A DNA stretch of 57,030 nucleotides, counting the filler, from Malassezia furfur (Eukaryota): the NCBI GenBank assembly GCA_052055015.1. It is 2 parts of 2 records of this genome, joined end to end, with 100 filler letters (N's around TTAATTAATTAA, not from the genome) between each part and the next. Parts side by side here need not be neighbours in the genome. Positions count along the whole stretch, not along the records: positions 1 to 28,535 come from JBQJIT010000110.1; 1 more part is not named here. One strand, given 5' to 3'. Shown piece by piece: positions 1 through 11,469 of the stretch. Each line of letters begins with the position of its first letter. Position 1 is the stretch's first letter. The position numbers and the translations under genes were made by a program. Below the pieces are notes generated by a model that worked only from the letters and a program-made list of their open reading frames with translations, was not told the DNA's origin and did no database searches.

Positions 1-861
1 CGCGCGCGGCCGGTCCACTGCTGCCCGCAGCGCCGTACGCCGTCGCCCCGCGCGACGCCGGTGCCTGGGTGATAGGCGCCGACGCGACGGAGGATGCACC
101 GGGCCCCGCCTCTTCGTGCAGCGCCGAGTACCGCCGCAGGCGGCCCGACTCATCGCGCGGCACGTCTGCGGCACCGCCCAGCTCGTCCCGCGTCTGGTTG
201 CCACGCTTCATAAACTTGGTAAAGATGCTCGCGCTGCGGTGCGAGACCGAGTTGAGCGGCGACGTAAGGCTCGTCGTCGACTGGTTGCGGCTCGACATGG
301 TCGGGGGCGTCGCGGGCGGCTGGTGCGCCTGTGCGCGCGCTGGAGCCGCGGCCACAGGGCCGGTCGCTGTCGCGACCGAGCTCGCGATCGATGCGGTGTC
401 GTTCACCGACGCGTCGTCAAACGAATCTGTCGAGTCATCGTCACTGAGCAGCACCTCGTCGTCCGCGGGGCGCATCGCCCCAGCACCGCGCGCCCCAGCA
501 CCCGCGCCGGGGCGCACTGCACCGCCGGCCGCGCGCTTGGACGCAGGCGGGTCGAATTCCATCGCATCGAGCTCGATCGTGTTGCCGCTCTGCATGCCTG
601 GAGTCAGTGCAGAAACGTACGCTTGTAGAGCGATGGGCATGCACGCTTGGCGACCGCGCTGTGCAGGTACAGACTCTGGTCCTTGCCCTTGTGCTTCACG
701 ACAAACTCGGTGTCGTAGAAAGGCGAGCCCCAGATCGCCGCCGCAATCGCGTCCAAGGCCACATGGCTCACAGTCGCGAGCTTGGGCTCAGACGCGGCAT
801 CAGTGTACACCGTCTCGCTCATCACGATAGGCTCGGCCGCAGTACTCGTCGTCTGGTACAT
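1..861 (-). CDS. Hypothetical protein with possible BTB/POZ-like N-terminal segment and low-complexity tail; runs off left edge
   Basis: ATG 861 (MYQTTSTAAEP...FYDTEFVVKHKGKDQSLYLHSAVAKRACPSLYK). 23-nt intron 598-620 (GTACGT..CTGAC.TCCAG) restores a frame (RMQSGNTIELD...) open to position 1. BTB resemblance is weak. Confidence 0.6.
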
Positions 862-1032
862 GGTGTAAGAAAGCGATCCAGGGACCTTCGCCCCAGGCAC
901 TTAGCCACTCTGCACGCCTGATTCCGCAGCCCGAATCCCCGCGCAGGCGACTTGCATATGTCGTACATAATTCCAGGGGGGGTCGGACCAATCTGCGAGC
1001 TAATAGTCTCCCCACGCATTTGTCACATTACC

Positions 1033-1922
1033 ATGGCGGCTGGCTTCGCACACGCACCCAGCACGAAGGGTACGGTCCAAGGCTTATGCAGCGACGATCC
1101 TGGGGCTCGCATTCACATCGTTGGTGGTCTCATTCGCGGGCGTGAAGCCCTACATCCAATTCCGGATCGTGCCTCATGTGTCGACCTATAATCAGGTGCG
1201 CACGCGCACGGACTCACCCTAGTATTGGCAGCTCGCGACGTACCCACTCGCGTACACGAACAGCTCTGAGCTCTTCGCGGGCTCACTACTTACCTACTAT
1301 GCGGCGCGGCCCGTAGAGCGTCGGTTCGGCGCGCGCAAGTTTGCGGTACGCACCGCAAGCGCTCACGCAGTTCTTCCTCGCACTCATCTATACCCTACAC
1401 CTCGCGCTCTCCCTGCTCTGGGCCCTGCTAGCCATCGCGGCCGTCGCACTGCTGCCCGCACGAGTCCAGGGGTGGTCGATCGTCGCCGACTTCGGCGCCG
1501 GCTACCTCCCGGGCGGGCCGTTTGGCCTGCTCGCTGCGCTCACCCACCAATACTACACACATGTGCCCCCGATGTGGTCCATCCAGATCTCCGACGTGGA
1601 ATTCACCGACCGCGTGCTTGTAGGCATGCTTGCGGGATTGGTATGTCGCATCGCACTCACTCAGCTCGCCATCTCGCAGCCGCCAATGTCGCTCGTGGCC
1701 ATGGGTCTGGGCGTGCTGGCCTCGGTGCTGTACAGTGCGCACATCGGCTCGTTTACGCTTAGCGCGTACAAGATGCCCGACCATATTGCAAGCCCGGCGA
1801 GCCGCTTCCTCGAGCCGTGGCTCGGCACGACGCGCCTGCCGTTCCGCCCGCCGCGCGCAACGTACCGCACTCTGCGACCCCGCGATCCCTCCACGTGGCC
1901 CGCAGGGGCCTCCACCACATAG
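1033..1922 (+). CDS. DSC2: Dsc E3 ligase complex subunit Dsc2 / UBAC2-like rhomboid pseudoprotease
   Basis: Spliced protein MAAGFAHAPSTKATILGLAFTSLVVSFAGVKPYIQFRIVPHVSTYNQYWQLATYPLAYTNSSELF...VERRFGARKFAFFL, multi-TM. Introns 1070-1091, 1196-1222, 1346-1370. Confidence 0.75.
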
Positions 1923-1942
1923 CGTCCTTTCGATACCCCACG

Positions 1943-4360
1943 ATGCTGCCCTCGCTGCGCACGAGTCTGTTCACGACGCCGGCGGGGAAGGGCGAGGCGG
2001 GCTACATGCCAGCGCACGTGGACCACGTCATGCTGTTCTGCCCCAAGCTCACGCAGCACCTCGCCGCCGAGGACCCGGCACGGCTCGCAGACCAGGTCCT
2101 ATTCTATACCTCGATCGCCAACCCCGTGTCCCACGCGACCATTGCGCAGCAGACGGCGCTGGCGAATGCCCTGATCGATTTTGCCTCATCTCAGCATAGC
2201 AAGGCGCATGCGTCTACTCACACAGGTTTACGGAAGGTCGCCGTCACGTCGACCGGCCGGCGCTTGGTGTCTGTGGAAGTGCATCCCCAGTACTGGATGC
2301 ACGCGGTACGCTAGCTTGCTCACACAGAGCATTGCGCTTCCGCAGATCGCGGAGGACACGCTCCCATGGAGCGTCCCGGAGTGGCTGCAGCAGCAAATGC
2401 AGAACGCTTGGGATGCATGGCAGCTTCAACACGGCGATCCTAACCAGGTGTTGAGCGAGCGTGGTCGTGAAAAGCTCGAGCAGGAGCTCGAGCCCTTCTT
2501 CTCGAAATGGGTATGGCAGTGGGATGTCGAGCGCCAGATAGCCTCGCCGTTGCATGCATCCTCACCGCCGCCCCCTCGCGTCGGTATCGTGGCCGAGACT
2601 GGTGCGTCGCTGGGGTCGTGCATGGACACTCCCGCATCGAGCCTCGCAAAGCCGATGGCATGGCTTAGAAAGGCATCTAAAGACCTCTCGGATGCTCCTG
2701 CCGAGACCTTGCTGCTGCGCGACGACCAGGTGCTCTGGCCACAGGCCCACACGCACGAGGCAGAGCAGAGCGCCTTGGATGCGCACGACCGCCGAAAAAT
2801 CGCCATGTATGTCTTGGCACGCTTGGTCCGGCTCGACCAGGCACGTGCAGACGAAGCAAAGGCATGGGCCAACTTGCGTCAGTCGAAGCACTCGGAACCG
2901 CCCACGTACCTACCCAATGCCCTGCCGAGCACGGACCGTGTCACCGGTTTCTTCTCGGACAGTTCTTCGTGGCTCGGATTGGACCGCATGTGGTCAGCCG
3001 CTAAAAAGACTGCGGAGTATACCAAGGCATCCACGGTGGGCAGTGGCAAAGCGCCAGATGCGTCACGCCGCACTACCCCACCCACAACGCGTGCCACGCA
3101 CGACCATTTCCGTCCGACGGCGCCTGGCGCGGCCGGTGCATCTTCCCCCGAGCTTTCCGAGACGTTGGATGTGCCTGAGCCCGACAATGCCACGGAGTCG
3201 GACGACGCCTCTGAGCCCGACGCACCTGATGCGGATCTGTCCGGTGTGCCTGCAGACGATTTGGCCGAGTCGGTCGATGCTCTTGCGACCATGGGCCTCA
3301 ACAGTGGACACGCGACTCCTGAGGCACAAGAACACCATATACCCTTTCCCGTGCGCGAGCAAAGCGCGCTCTTTTCTACCAACGCTCCTTTCCAGACTCT
3401 GCACGAGCAACTGAACCAGGCGCTTGGCTCGGACGATAACGACACGGCGCCTGCCTCGAGCTCAGCCACAGGTCCGCGGCATTCCCATGCGCATGCCGCT
3501 TACGCTGCAGCAAACCCACTCACTTCGGTGTCTCCTTCGGTGCCGCAGGGACCTGTGGAGAAACCGGCGGGCGCGCTGCAGTCCCGAACGAGGCCAGTGC
3601 CGGCAGACCACGCTGAAGAACCCGCGGCGAACCACACGAGCAAACAATTCCCGCCCCTCCCCGCGTCACGTACATCTTGGTACCACGCGCCGCAGCGAGC
3701 CAAGACCGCTGACGCGCCATTCCCTCACGACCCAGCGCTCGATGGATGGGGCCAGGAGGTGCCGCAGGCTTGGCACCATGCGCAGCTGCATCTGGGACAC
3801 GCAGGGCAGTCGCCCGTATACATTACGTATACGACGGTACGTGCTGTATACTGACGCAGCGCAAACTCTTGACCGTGATCCATGTGTGGCACACCAAGCC
3901 ACAGGATGCACAGGCGTGGCTGGACATTTCCTGGGAGCTGCTGCGTCGCGTTCAACGTGTCGTGAACGACGCACTGCTCCGTGCACCGGCCCACTCGGCA
4001 GACTACCTGCACATGGACGACCGATCTGCCCTTGCGCTTAATAACCTGGCACTCGTTCGTGATGCGCCCGTCGAGATGCGCGCAGGTATCGAGGCCCAAC
4101 TGCTGGCCGCCGAGGGGATGCTGCAAAGGTACGTGGGACACGCCGTGAGCTCACACAGGCACCACGTCAAGGAGACACTCGCGCGCGAGGAGCACGGTCT
4201 CTACTGGGTGGCCGCGCGTGCCGCGGCACATGCGGACCGCGAGAATGCGTCGCGCACGTTTCTTGTGCTGCACGGGAACGAGCAGCGGCGGTACGGCATT
4301 GCGGAATGCGACCAGCAAATGCGCCGCTTGGCAGCAAGACACAGTGCATTCAATCTGTAG
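1943..4360 (+). CDS. CCZ1: Vacuolar fusion protein Ccz1-like (longin-domain Mon1-Ccz1 GEF subunit)
   Basis: DQVLFYTS...QQTALANALIDFA and LEPFFSKWVWQWD segments typical of fungal Ccz1. Introns 2306-2327, 3837-3859 and probable in-frame 4129-4158 join three ORFs. Confidence 0.65.
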
Positions 4361-4418
4361 AACATCTGCTTTGGGCGTGCACGTCGTAGCGACGCAGCGG
4401 GTCGCGCCATGCACATGT

Positions 4419-5064
4419 CTACTCATTCTTCTCCAGATACGCACGCAGCGCGTCGAGCCAGTTTTTGCGCAGCTTCATCGGCCCCTCATGCTTCACAGTG
4501 AAGCGGTACATGTCGTTGCGCTCGTACGAGTCCGGCACCAGCTTGGAATCGGTGAATGCCACGCTCCCAAAAATTGCCTCGGGTGGCGAAATGCGACCGG
4601 GCATGGCTATATGGCGCGCGTCTGTGTAAGTCGCAATACGTACCACAAAGATGTGCCCATCCATTTTCGCGCATCTCTGCCTCAAAAATCAGGTTCTCAT
4701 CGGAGGCAATTTGCCCCTGGAGCACATGGTGCAGCGCCTTCCAAAAGTCCTCGTTCATGTTCACGCTGTCAGGGTTCTCGCGAACGAACTCCGAGGGGTT
4801 CGTGTCCCCCGGCTGGATGTGTCCAATAACCGACAAACTCTTGGGTGACTTCGGCGGACGCTCAAGGAGCGAAATGGCCCAGTTTCCGTGGCCCAGATCA
4901 TGGTAGAACAGGCCGGTTTCGGTGTCGACGTCCCGCTTCACCGCTTGGAAGAGTGGCACACTGGCGTGCAGGCCGCGCACTGACACGGAGGTGTACATGG
5001 GTTGAGTGCGCATAGCGCTCGTGCGCAGCGCGCGCAAGCCGATCGGTGAGCAAAAACGAAGCAT
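4419..5064 (-). CDS. Conserved fungal hypothetical protein, probably mitochondrial
   Basis: Arg/Ser-rich, acid-free N-terminus (MLRFCSPIGLRALRTSAMR...RGLHAS). 22-nt intron 4622-4643 joins ...GWAHLC to DARHIAMPGRISPPEAIFGSV. Confidence 0.7.
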
Positions 5065-5170
5065 GGAAGAAACTAAGGACCCTGAACCAGATCTAGGGTC
5101 GCGGGGGTGGGGAGAGGTCCGAGCACCAGTGCGAAATTTCGAGCGTTGTTAGTCAGCTGTGCCAAGCATC

Positions 5171-6533
5171 ATGGAACAAAAGACACTGGAACTGGGCATC
5201 ATTGGGATGGGCGACATGGGTCGCCTGTACGCCAACAAGCTGCATGCAGCCGGGTGGGAGAATGTCATTGTGTGTGATCGTCCCGAGAACTACGAGCGAC
5301 TCTCCGCCGATTTTAAGGGTACGTGCTGTGCTCACCCAAGACTCGGGCATCACCGTTGTTCGTGACGGACACCAGGTCGCGCGCCGCTGCGACTATGTCA
5401 TGTACTCGATCGAGGCGGGCAACCTAGACAAGGTTGTCTCACAGTACGGGCCCTCGCACAAGGTCGGCGCCATCGTTGCCGGCCAAACCTCGGTCAAGGC
5501 TCCGGAACAGGAGGCCTTCGAGAAGTACCTGCCCAGTGATGTCTCAATCATCTCGTGCCATTCGTTGCACGGACCACAAGTCGATCCGACGGGACAGCCG
5601 CTGGTCATCATTAAACACCGCGGATCGGACGAGCAGCTGCGGCTCGTGGAGCGCATCCTGAGCGCGCTCAAATCACGTTTTGTCCACATGAGTTATGAAG
5701 AACACGATCTTATTACTGCGAATACCCAGGCAGTGACGCATGCCGCTTTCCTAACCATGGGAACGGCATGGAGCCAATCGCAAGAGTATCCGTGGGAGAC
5801 GGGTATGTACCCCGGCGGGATCGAAATGGTGAAGATCTATCTGTGCCTGCGCATCTACGGCGCCAAATGGCACGTCTACGCCGGACTTGCCCTGCTCAAC
5901 CCTGCCGCGCGCGTCCAAGTGAAGCAGTATGCAGCGAGTGCAACGGCACTGTTCAAGCTGATGCTGGAGGGAAATCATGACGAGCTGGTCCAACGTGTTT
6001 TTGCAGCGCGTCGCAGCGTGTTTAGGTGGGCCGACGACGAGGAAGGCGCCGAGACGCTGATCAGTGATGTCATGCTCGACCGGTTTTATGTGATTGCACA
6101 GCGCGTGAACCACGGCGAGGAGAGCGCGGAAGAGGCTGCCAAGGCCGTCAAGTCGCTGAATCCCCCGCCCAATTCCCATCTGTCGCTCCTGGCCATTGCC
6201 GACTGCTGGCATGTGCTCAGCATCGATCCATACCGCCATCTGGAGCTTGCTGCTACGCCTGTATTCCGTATGTGGATCGGTGTGACACAATACCTGTTCC
6301 GCAAGCCAGAGCGACTGCTGGATGCATGCCGTGCGGCGATGGACATTACCCAGTTCCGTTCGGACGATCTCGAGTTTGTGGTCGCTGCGCGCGGCTGGGC
6401 CCAGGCGGTACAGTTTGGCGACTTTGATGCGTATCGGAAGCGGTTTGAGCTGACGCGCGAATTTTTTGCGCCGCGTCTCGCACAGGCCAACAAAGTGGGC
6501 GCCGAAATGCTCAAGCAGCTGCGGACTCCGTAG
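5171..6533 (+). CDS. TYR1: Prephenate dehydrogenase (NADP+)
   Basis: GIIGMGDMG Rossmann motif, GQTSVKAPE, SCHSLHGP, EEHDLITANTQAVTHAAF. 22-nt intron 5319-5340. Confidence 0.93.
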
Positions 6534-6538
6534 CCTTC

Positions 6539-7575
6539 TTATCGCTCCAATACCCAGTCACGATAGGCACTCGTTGTTCCCCAGCGAGGATCAAGCAGCG
6601 TATAGTCGAGCCATCGCTGCAACGCTCTTCGCCGCGTCTCCAGGAACGTCGGCATGTATTTGTGCCATATGCCTGTATGGCGAGGCGGCAAAGCCGGCAG
6701 GGCTTTCGCGTGCTGGGGCACTTCCTCCTCCAGCCGTTTCCGGAGATCCATGAAGGAATTATACCTTTTGTACGATTGGAGCACAAGACCCTGTGTGTAA
6801 GCTGAACACGTACCGACTTGGTGGTGACAACCACATCAAAGGCGACCCATCCTCGGGCATACGAGCCAATCCGCTGCCAGCCACGGATTCTTACTTCGGT
6901 CGCAAAGCACTCGTCCTGCATGGAGTCTTGTGTCGGGGCAGCAGGCGTGGAAGCCTGCACAGGCCTCTTACTGTAGAGTGTAGGCGACGGCGGTAGCGGC
7001 ATAAGAGACACCAGCGAGCCGGAGTCTGGCAGCCTCGGTGAGGGTTTTGAGGCAGGCGTCAAGGAGCTTCTTCGCTCTTGTTGCGGGGATTGCACTGTGA
7101 TGAATGCCTCCCGGGGAGGTTCGGTGTCGTGTGCCGTCGCCTCGTCCGCTGCGGTTGTGTCTGCTGCCTCGTCATAGTCTCTCGTTAGCGCGTCCGGGAA
7201 ACTCTCCATAAAGAACGAGGGCGGTTCAGTGATGCTTGGCACCTCTTGTAGCGGAGGAGATCTGGTGACACACTTCCCGGCGAACAGGCGCGATCGGGCA
7301 GCCAATTCCTGTTGAATTCCGTCGTGGAATGCCATATGCCGCGGAGGCCGTGGCGGAGTGTCGGCATCGAGCCATACGCCTTGCCCAAGAGGCAGGGAGT
7401 TCCAGTCGCTCCGTCGTGAATCCGTTTGTTTCGAGGCCCTATCTGTGTCGCTGGTACCATGCCCTTCCTTCGTCTCTTTGGCATCGCGCAAAACGATGAG
7501 ATGCGATGTTTCGCTAAAATGGGGATTGCGATGCGGCCGTCCGGAGGATGGCTCGGATGGTCCAGCCTCGGGCAT
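6539..7575 (-). CDS. PX-domain protein, Ypt35-like
   Basis: C-terminal PX domain (WVAFDV...KRYNSFMDLR...LPALPPR...FLETRRRALQRWL...LLDP) assembled across 23-nt intron 6791-6813; long disordered N-terminus. Confidence 0.75.
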
Positions 7576-7743
7576 ATTCGGGTCTGTCTAAGCTTGGCGT
7601 AGGCCCAGCTGCTGCGTATCTGCGCACTGTCGTCGGCGACGTGTCGTTTGTGGGAGGTATCCGCCCTCCCAACGCTGTTAGGAGTATAATATATTATTTA
7701 CACGTGGTCAGATCTGTTCGCCGATCGTTACGCACGGGCGCCC

Positions 7744-8466
7744 ATGCCCTGGATCAGCCCTGTTGTGTTAGTGACCGTCGCATTTGGCCTTCTATGTTTT
7801 GCATTGGCAATAGCACGGCAGCGGCGCAGTCACAAGCTGCGCCCTGCGGTGCCTGTGCGCCTGGCAGCTTTGCTCGGGTCAGGTGCGTCTCGCGCTAATG
7901 AAAGGTGGACACACGTCCGAAATGCTCGCACTGCTGAGCTCCCTCCCCGCCGATGAGTATGCACCATTTGTCTACATTGTATCATCTGGCGATACACATA
8001 GTGCTGCGAAGGCGCGCGCCTTTGAAGAGCAGTACCGGGCCACGTCCAAACCGCGCACGCAGCTTTGTGTGTCAGTCCCCCGTGCACGGTCTGTGGGGCA
8101 GAGCTGGCTCACTACGCCATTCACAGTGGCTTGGAGTTTGTTGTTCTGTGCATGGACATTTGGGCTGGCGCCTCTGTATGCCCATTGGCGGCACGGCACA
8201 CGGCTTCCTTTTGTCGACGTGGTTCTGATGAACGGACCTGCGACGTGTGTTCCACTTGCACTGGTTGCCTATGCGCTACGCGTACGTTTTCTGGCTCACC
8301 CAAGCTCGTTGGGCTACCTTCTCCACGCATGGTGTACGTGGAGTCCTTTGCACGCGTGCGGTCGCTGTCACTCACTGCGCGAATTTTGCGGCATGTGGTG
8401 GACGAGTTTGTAGTACAATGGCGAACAGCCGATCCGAGTGCGACCTATTGCGGTCTATTAGTGTAA
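7744..8466 (+). CDS. ALG14: UDP-GlcNAc transferase subunit Alg14
   Basis: N-terminal TM; LGSGGHTSEM (across intron 7883-7904), PRARSVGQS, NGPATCVP, YVESFARV (after intron 8282-8304). Confidence 0.93.
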
Positions 8467-8488
8467 TTCATTACGATGTATAGGAACA

Positions 8489-8843
8489 TTATTTCTGAAC
8501 GGGAGGGGTGATGTGTTGCTGCGTTCCTGCGGCGGGCACATTCATGGGCACGGCCGTGCCGGTGGGTGCGGCCATGGGCGTTGCGGTCGGGTATGCAGCA
8601 CCCGAGCTGACTGTTGCCTCCTCGTCATACAGACGGCGGTTGGCCTCGAGCTCGAGCTCGCGCTGCCTCGCCTCTTGGCGGTAGTCGTCCGTCGGCAGCG
8701 GCTTGTCGCCGCGCCAACGGTCTCCACAGCAGTTGATGTGGTTGCAACACGGGCACATGTCGCCTCCCCACCGACCTGCGCGTTAGTTAGAGCAACGTAC
8801 AAGGCAGGGACCACAGCAGTATATCACAGCACGCGTCCGCCAT
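8489..8843 (-). CDS. Small protein with Cys-rich N-terminus (orphan, about 109 aa)
   Basis: ATG 8843; canonical 25-nt intron 8776-8800 (GTACGT..CTAAC.GCGCAG) gives MADACCDILLWSLPCRWGGDMCPCCNHINCCGDRW... in frame to TAA. Confidence 0.65.
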
Positions 8844-9091
8844 GACTAGAGAATGCCAAGCCGGCGCGTCCCCACGTCGCGGATCCCTTTCATTACTCGG
8901 CCCCACGTGACGGTCGCACTCGCTTCGCACGGATGGGGAGTGGGCCTCTGCACCCTGTCCACGTGGACTGATTTCGACGTATGCACAGATCGTTCGCAAC
9001 TACACATCCATCCACAACTACCGTGCGTGGCAGGGGGCACGGACATTACATAGAGAAAGTATGTGCCCTGCTGGCTCCGACGGCATTCGAT

Positions 9092-10413
9092 TTAATTGCC
9101 CGACGAGCAATTGCCGCCGCCGCAAACTCCACCGACGACCGCGGCAATGATGATACAGATCAACACGACTGTGTAAGCACTCGTATAGCCACGTACCCAG
9201 GATCCAGAAGCAGATCCAGCGCATCTTGCGGCGCTTCTTGGCCGAAATGACCGCCTTGTCCGTCTGCTGACGCCTGTCTGTGAGTGGAATGCACGTACGC
9301 TGCCTGGACCTCTTGCTCCGTGTGCTGCGCGTGGTCCTTGATCACGTTCAGCTGCTCGTCCTGCTGCTCGACCAGGATCGACATCTCCTGGAACAGCGCA
9401 GCAAGCTCCGTGATCGTCTGCTCAATACGCTGGATGTCGTTGTGACGCTCCTGCACCTCGCGCAATGCACCGCGCGCCTCGCCTTGGCGGTTCGAGTTGC
9501 GCAGCGCCTGTGCAAAGATCTGCTGGCCGCCCGACGAGCCGTCTAACGCGCCCTGGATCTCCTCCTGCGTCGCGTCCGGCTTGACGATGCGCAGCTGGCG
9601 CTCGGTACGCTGACGGTATTTGGTGCGATAGGCCTTTTCAACCTCCTGGTAGCGCAGGATGGTCTCCTTGAAGCGGTTCTTCGCGGCACCGATCTGCGTG
9701 AGGCGCACGTTGCGGTCAATGCCCTCGGGCGCGGGGCCCGACGCGGGAATCCGGACGGCCTCGGCCTCGAGCGCCTTAATACGGTTCTTGACCGCGTTCG
9801 TCAGGCTGCTCGTCTCCTGCGCAAGCGCAGTGAGCTGCGACTCAGCCTCGAGCTGCGACGCCTCGCCGACGTTGTTGAGCGAGCGCGAGTGCAGCTCCGA
9901 GATCCGGTTGATGTTTTGGTCGATCTGACGAATGGCGTCCTGGATGCCGCTAATCTCGCTGAAGAACGAGCCGCTGTTGCCGTCGGGCATGCTGATCGCC
10001 GTGCTGCCGGCAGCGCCCGCACCATACGACTGGCCGGGTGCGGGACCCCCATACGTCGCGGGCCCGAGCCCATCGGCGCTGGTCACCACGTTGGTGTTGC
10101 GCGGCTGCATTTCGTACGAGTCCTGCGGCTGAGCGGCGATCGCCGAGGCGGGCACGTTCGACTGCTGGAAAACACCGTGCGACGAGGGCGTGTATGTGGT
10201 CGTCTCAGAGTACACACCGACGGGCGTCGTGCCCACCGCGTTGTTCGTCTGCGGCAAGCCTGTCGCCGGGTCGTACGGGACGCCGCTCGTCTGCTGCGTC
10301 GGGAACAGGTGGTCGCCGTAGCCGTTGTTGCTCGGCCCAGTTTCCGCGCCGCCGTATCCGCCGGACCCAGCCGCCTGCTGGGCCCGCATCGCTGCCAAAC
10401 GATCGCGCGCCAT
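9092..10413 (-). CDS. SSO1: Plasma-membrane syntaxin (Sso1/2 t-SNARE)
   Basis: Habc plus SNARE motif (ALREVQERHNDIQRIEQTITELAALFQEM...EQQDE). Introns 9274-9298 and 9169-9196 yield the basic linker KKRRKMRW and a C-terminal TM. Confidence 0.92.
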
Positions 10414-10512
10414 GATGAAGGGAGTCTACAGCAACTGCGCGCACAAAGAGAAGCACCTGACCCGGCCAAGGAGTTCGGGCAATCTACAAAATTGCAAAAT
10501 TCTCCCGCGGAC

Positions 10513-11361
10513 CTAACGTTGCGGCGCGCCAGCTGAGTCAGCCGCGTCCGCCGCCGCGCGCTCCTGGGCGTCGCGCAGAGCGAGGTAACCGCGGTTGTTC
10601 GGCGACGAGTACCATAGCAGGTCGCGCTTCGACACCGGATCCGCAAAGTGCGGGAGCGGCTTATTTTTGAAGAGCCACTTGTGCGGCTGCAAGAGCGCAC
10701 GCAGACTCGTAGCATTGTAGTAGCGGCACACGATCGAGCCGCCCGCGGCCTCCACGGCTTGGATCGCCGACTGCGACGCGCGCGACACGACGATCTGGAT
10801 GGGCGTCGTGAGGTGCGACGCGCCGTCACCCAGCAGCTTCACGCCATCGGCCACGCGGTGGATGCAGCGCGACTGGTACAGCTCGCGGATCGTGATCGGC
10901 TCCGCGGGGTTCAGCCGCCCCTGGTCGATCCAGTACTGCAGACGGTCCACGTTGAGCGGAACAAACGTCTGCGCATGGCTGCGTCAGTGGGCACCGCGGC
11001 ACATACCTATTCACAAAGCCCCGCTTGGGGATGAGCCGTGTGAGCGGCGTCTGGCCGCCCTCGAAGCCCGGTTTCGGCTTGCCATTGCCCGCGCGCGCCT
11101 TCTGGCCCTTGTGGCCGCGCGTCGAGGTGCCGCCGCGGTCGGAGCCGTCGCCGCGTCCGAGACGTTTGCGCTGCGTGAGAGGGGCCGACGTACGTTCTTT
11201 TTGGGCTGCGCCGGCGTCAGGTTGCCGACGCGCACCGGGGAAACAGTGGCGTAGGTGACCATCGCGATGCGTGGGAGCGCCATCGCCGGCGCGCCCGCGC
11301 GCACAGTGGGCCGCGCGAGCAGCCGCAGCGGCGACGCCATCCACGACAGGACACTGGGCAT
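10513..11361 (-). CDS. MRPL10: Mitochondrial 54S ribosomal protein uL15m
   Basis: [40 protein letters not shown]. Introns 11171-11193 and 10979-11006; presequence-like N-terminus. Confidence 0.92.
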
Positions 11362-11469
11362 CGTCGAAAAGACGAGGGTACACGTGACCTCCATGCCGCG
11401 CTCGGTGTCGGAGCTGTTGGCGCAACAGGGCGGCGGCGCGGCGCCCAAGGTACGTGTGCGCACGCACTC

